A stretch of 64,000 bases of DNA from Octopus sinensis (Eukaryota), in contig NC_043026.1 of the NCBI RefSeq assembly GCF_006345805.1, positions 6,820,001 through 6,884,000 on the forward strand, read 5' to 3'. Positions 61,630 to 64,000 of the stretch are shown one piece after another (the first letter of the stretch is position 1; every line of letters starts with the position of its first letter). Position numbers and translations under genes: made by a program. The notes beneath the pieces were generated by a model that was given only the letters and a program-made list of their open reading frames with translations, was not told where the DNA came from and did no database searches.

Positions 61630-62010
61630 GGAGGCGCAATGGCCCAGTGGTTAGGGTAGCAGACTCACGGTTGTAGGATCGCGGTTTCGATTCCCAGACC
61701 GGGCGTTGTGAGTGTTTATTGAGCGAAAACACCTAAAGCTCCACGAGGCTCCTGCAGGGGCTGGTGGTGATCCCTGCTGTACTCTTTCACCACAACTTTC
61801 TCTCACTCTTACTTCCTGTTTCTGTTGTACCTGTATTTCAAAGGGCCAGCCTTGTCACTCTCTGTGTCACGCTGAATATCCCCGAGAACTACGTTAAGGG
61901 TATACGTGTCTCTGGAATGCTCAGCCACTTGCATGTTAATTCCACGAGCAGGCTGTTCCATTGATCGTATCAGCTGGGACCCTCGTCATAGTAACCGACG
62001 GAGTGCTCCT
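61630..62010 (+). mobile_element. tRNA-derived SINE family D; related heads at about 56300-56540 (+) and 6170-6395 (-)
   Basis: A box tggcccagtggtt and B box ggtttcgattcc followed by a non-tRNA body. Confidence 0.65.
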
Positions 62011-63242
62011 AAATTTTGTGATTTCAAAATTTCGATGATGTGATTGTTAATTTATAGAATGGCATTACAAGGTAGGTGTGAGAGGCTGGATCTGACCAGT
62101 GTGACCATAAAACAAGTAGAATATCAGAGCCCGATCTGGCTGGTTAACATGCTAAAGGATTAAAGAGAGTAGGGAGTTTGTTGAGGTGAAATTAGGCTGT
62201 GACATGTGTAAGGTCAAGTGACTAAATAGAAACTCCTTCACTGGTTCATCTGGCCCCTATTTTAACCCTTTAGCATTCAGATTACTTTGTCAAATCTAAT
62301 CCTTATTTATTCACATTGTTTTGGATTAACCACGGATTATCTCATAGCTTTGAGATTGCAAGGATGGGATTGTTTATTTTAAGATTGACATTGCAGGGCA
62401 GGGCAGGTGTAAAAAGGTTGAGGCCTGTAAAACAGGTACCAGTGGTATATGGAGGAATGGGGATGAGGGGGGTGGAAATAACTGAGGGATTTAAATGTAT
62501 TTGTTATTGGGTAGTTATTATGCATCATGCGCACACACACACACAAACACGAGGCTTCTGTACAGTTTCCATTCACCAATTACATTGACAAGGTATTGGC
62601 CACCATGGGGTTGTTGGGAGGTGGGGGTGCAGGGCAGCTAAAATAAAGTTTCTGCAACCTGGGATTGAACCTGGAACAATAGGCTTACATACTGAATGCT
62701 GAAACCAGAAGGTGTCCCATTCCTATATATGCATGTGTGTACATATCTTCTCTTTTACATGTTTCAGTCATTGGACTGTGGCCAAGCTGTGGCACTGCCT
62801 TGAAGGGTTTAGTAAAATAAAAAAATCACCTCCAGTACTTAAGCAGAAACAACTGTAAGCTACTGAAGTTCAATAGTACACCCGAGCACCATATGCAATA
62901 AGTTCATTCCATATATATATATATATATATATTACACACACACATGTATGTATGTATATATATATATATATAACGGGAAGGTTTACGAAAATAAACAAAA
63001 GACGAAGGCAGGTGGAGTACAAACAAGCAAATGTATTAGTATGGCGCTCAGGAATAGAAATAGAACAAGTCCTTCACATTTTGAGCCTACGCTCTTCGAC
63101 AGAAAGATACACAGAAAAGAAACAAGGAGAGAAAAAAATGCGTGTAGGAGCTAACGGTCTATCATGGCATTCTGACTTCAGGTAATATATATGTATATAA
63201 ATTACCTGTTCATTTGTCATTTATTTAATTTCATGCATCTGC

Positions 63243-63275
<33 letters not shown>

Positions 63276-63439
63276 CTTATATATATATACATATATGTAA
63301 TAAATTTTTGTGTCAGTGTTTCTATCTTCAGAAAAGGTGGATGCCCCTTCCTGAAGCCAATCACTTTATAGAGTGCCACGGGGCGCTTTTATGTGACACC
63401 GCACAGGCACTTTCATATGGTACTATTACATGACACTAG

Positions 63440-63668
63440 GGCAGCGAGCTGGCAGAAATGTTAGAACACCAGGCGAAATGCTTAGTGGTATTTCGTCTGC
63501 CGTTATGTTCAGAGTTCAAATTCCACCGAGGTCGACTTTGCCTTTCATCCTTTCAGGGTCGATAAATTAAGCACCAGTTAAGCTCTGGGGTCGATATAAT
63601 CGACTTAATCCCTTTGTCTGTCCTTGTTTGTCCCCTCTGTGTTTAGCCCCTTGTGGGCAATAAAGAAA
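63440..63668 (+). mobile_element. SINE family C copy
   Basis: Same sequence as 32110-32338. Confidence 0.72.
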
Positions 63669-64000
63669 TAACTATTACATGACACTGCACAGGTGCTATC
63701 ATGTGGCCCTGCACAGCTGCTTTTACATGGTCACCACCACAAGTGCTTGACACCCCCAGGAGTGCACACTCCAAATCTTGGTACAAATACATGTGTTTAT
63801 AGTTATGTTTCCAACCAGGGTTCTGCCAGTACAGTCCAGGGGTTCTGCAAGAAGTTACAAAAATGCTAAAATCGACAGTAATTTTTAATTCTCCTGTGCA
63901 GATATGTGTGCATAAGACAATTAAATTATTGCACAGGGGTTCCTCGAGCCAGTGGAATGTTTCCTTGGGGTTCCGCTTCAGCAAAAAGTTTGAAAAGCAC

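Noticed and set aside
61630-61705. tRNA gene (also SINE heads at 18316, 32110, 56300)
   Set aside because: A/B boxes are present but there is no complete cloverleaf or acceptor stem, and the sequence continues into a SINE body.
52931-64000. Talin start and F0/F1 exons (MxxLSLKI..., MLDG..KT)
   Set aside because: No matching peptide found; they are presumably beyond position 64000.

Overview
This is eukaryotic DNA, very rich in microsatellites and SINEs. The repeat families and intron style suggest an octopus/cephalopod genome (inference). The window is dominated by an internal part of a minus-strand talin gene. I reconstructed 30 constitutive GT-AG exons (52930 down to 6727; 4127 nt, phase-consistent throughout) encoding FERM F1-F3, the head-rod linker and rod bundles R1 to the first part of R7, roughly human talin-1 residues 120-1460. 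The F0 and start exons and the R8-R13/ABS3 exons lie outside the window. The most interesting signals are: (i) two in-frame microexon candidates, a 24-nt one (TVSTKELQ) that inserts next to the residue equivalent to G1404 in the KANK-binding helix of R7, and a 30-nt one (YYASWNSRAM) at the R7-R8 junction; (ii) a probable spliced plus-strand gene of unknown identity nested antisense in the following talin intron (1-1473); (iii) a type I hammerhead ribozyme fold at 56142-56247; and (iv) several long hairpins or palindromes. The rest is SINEs of several families, CR1-like and RTE-like LINE ends, a mariner relic, Helitron-like and MITE-like elements, and mini- and microsatellites. All coordinates were counted by hand; repeat boundaries are approximate.
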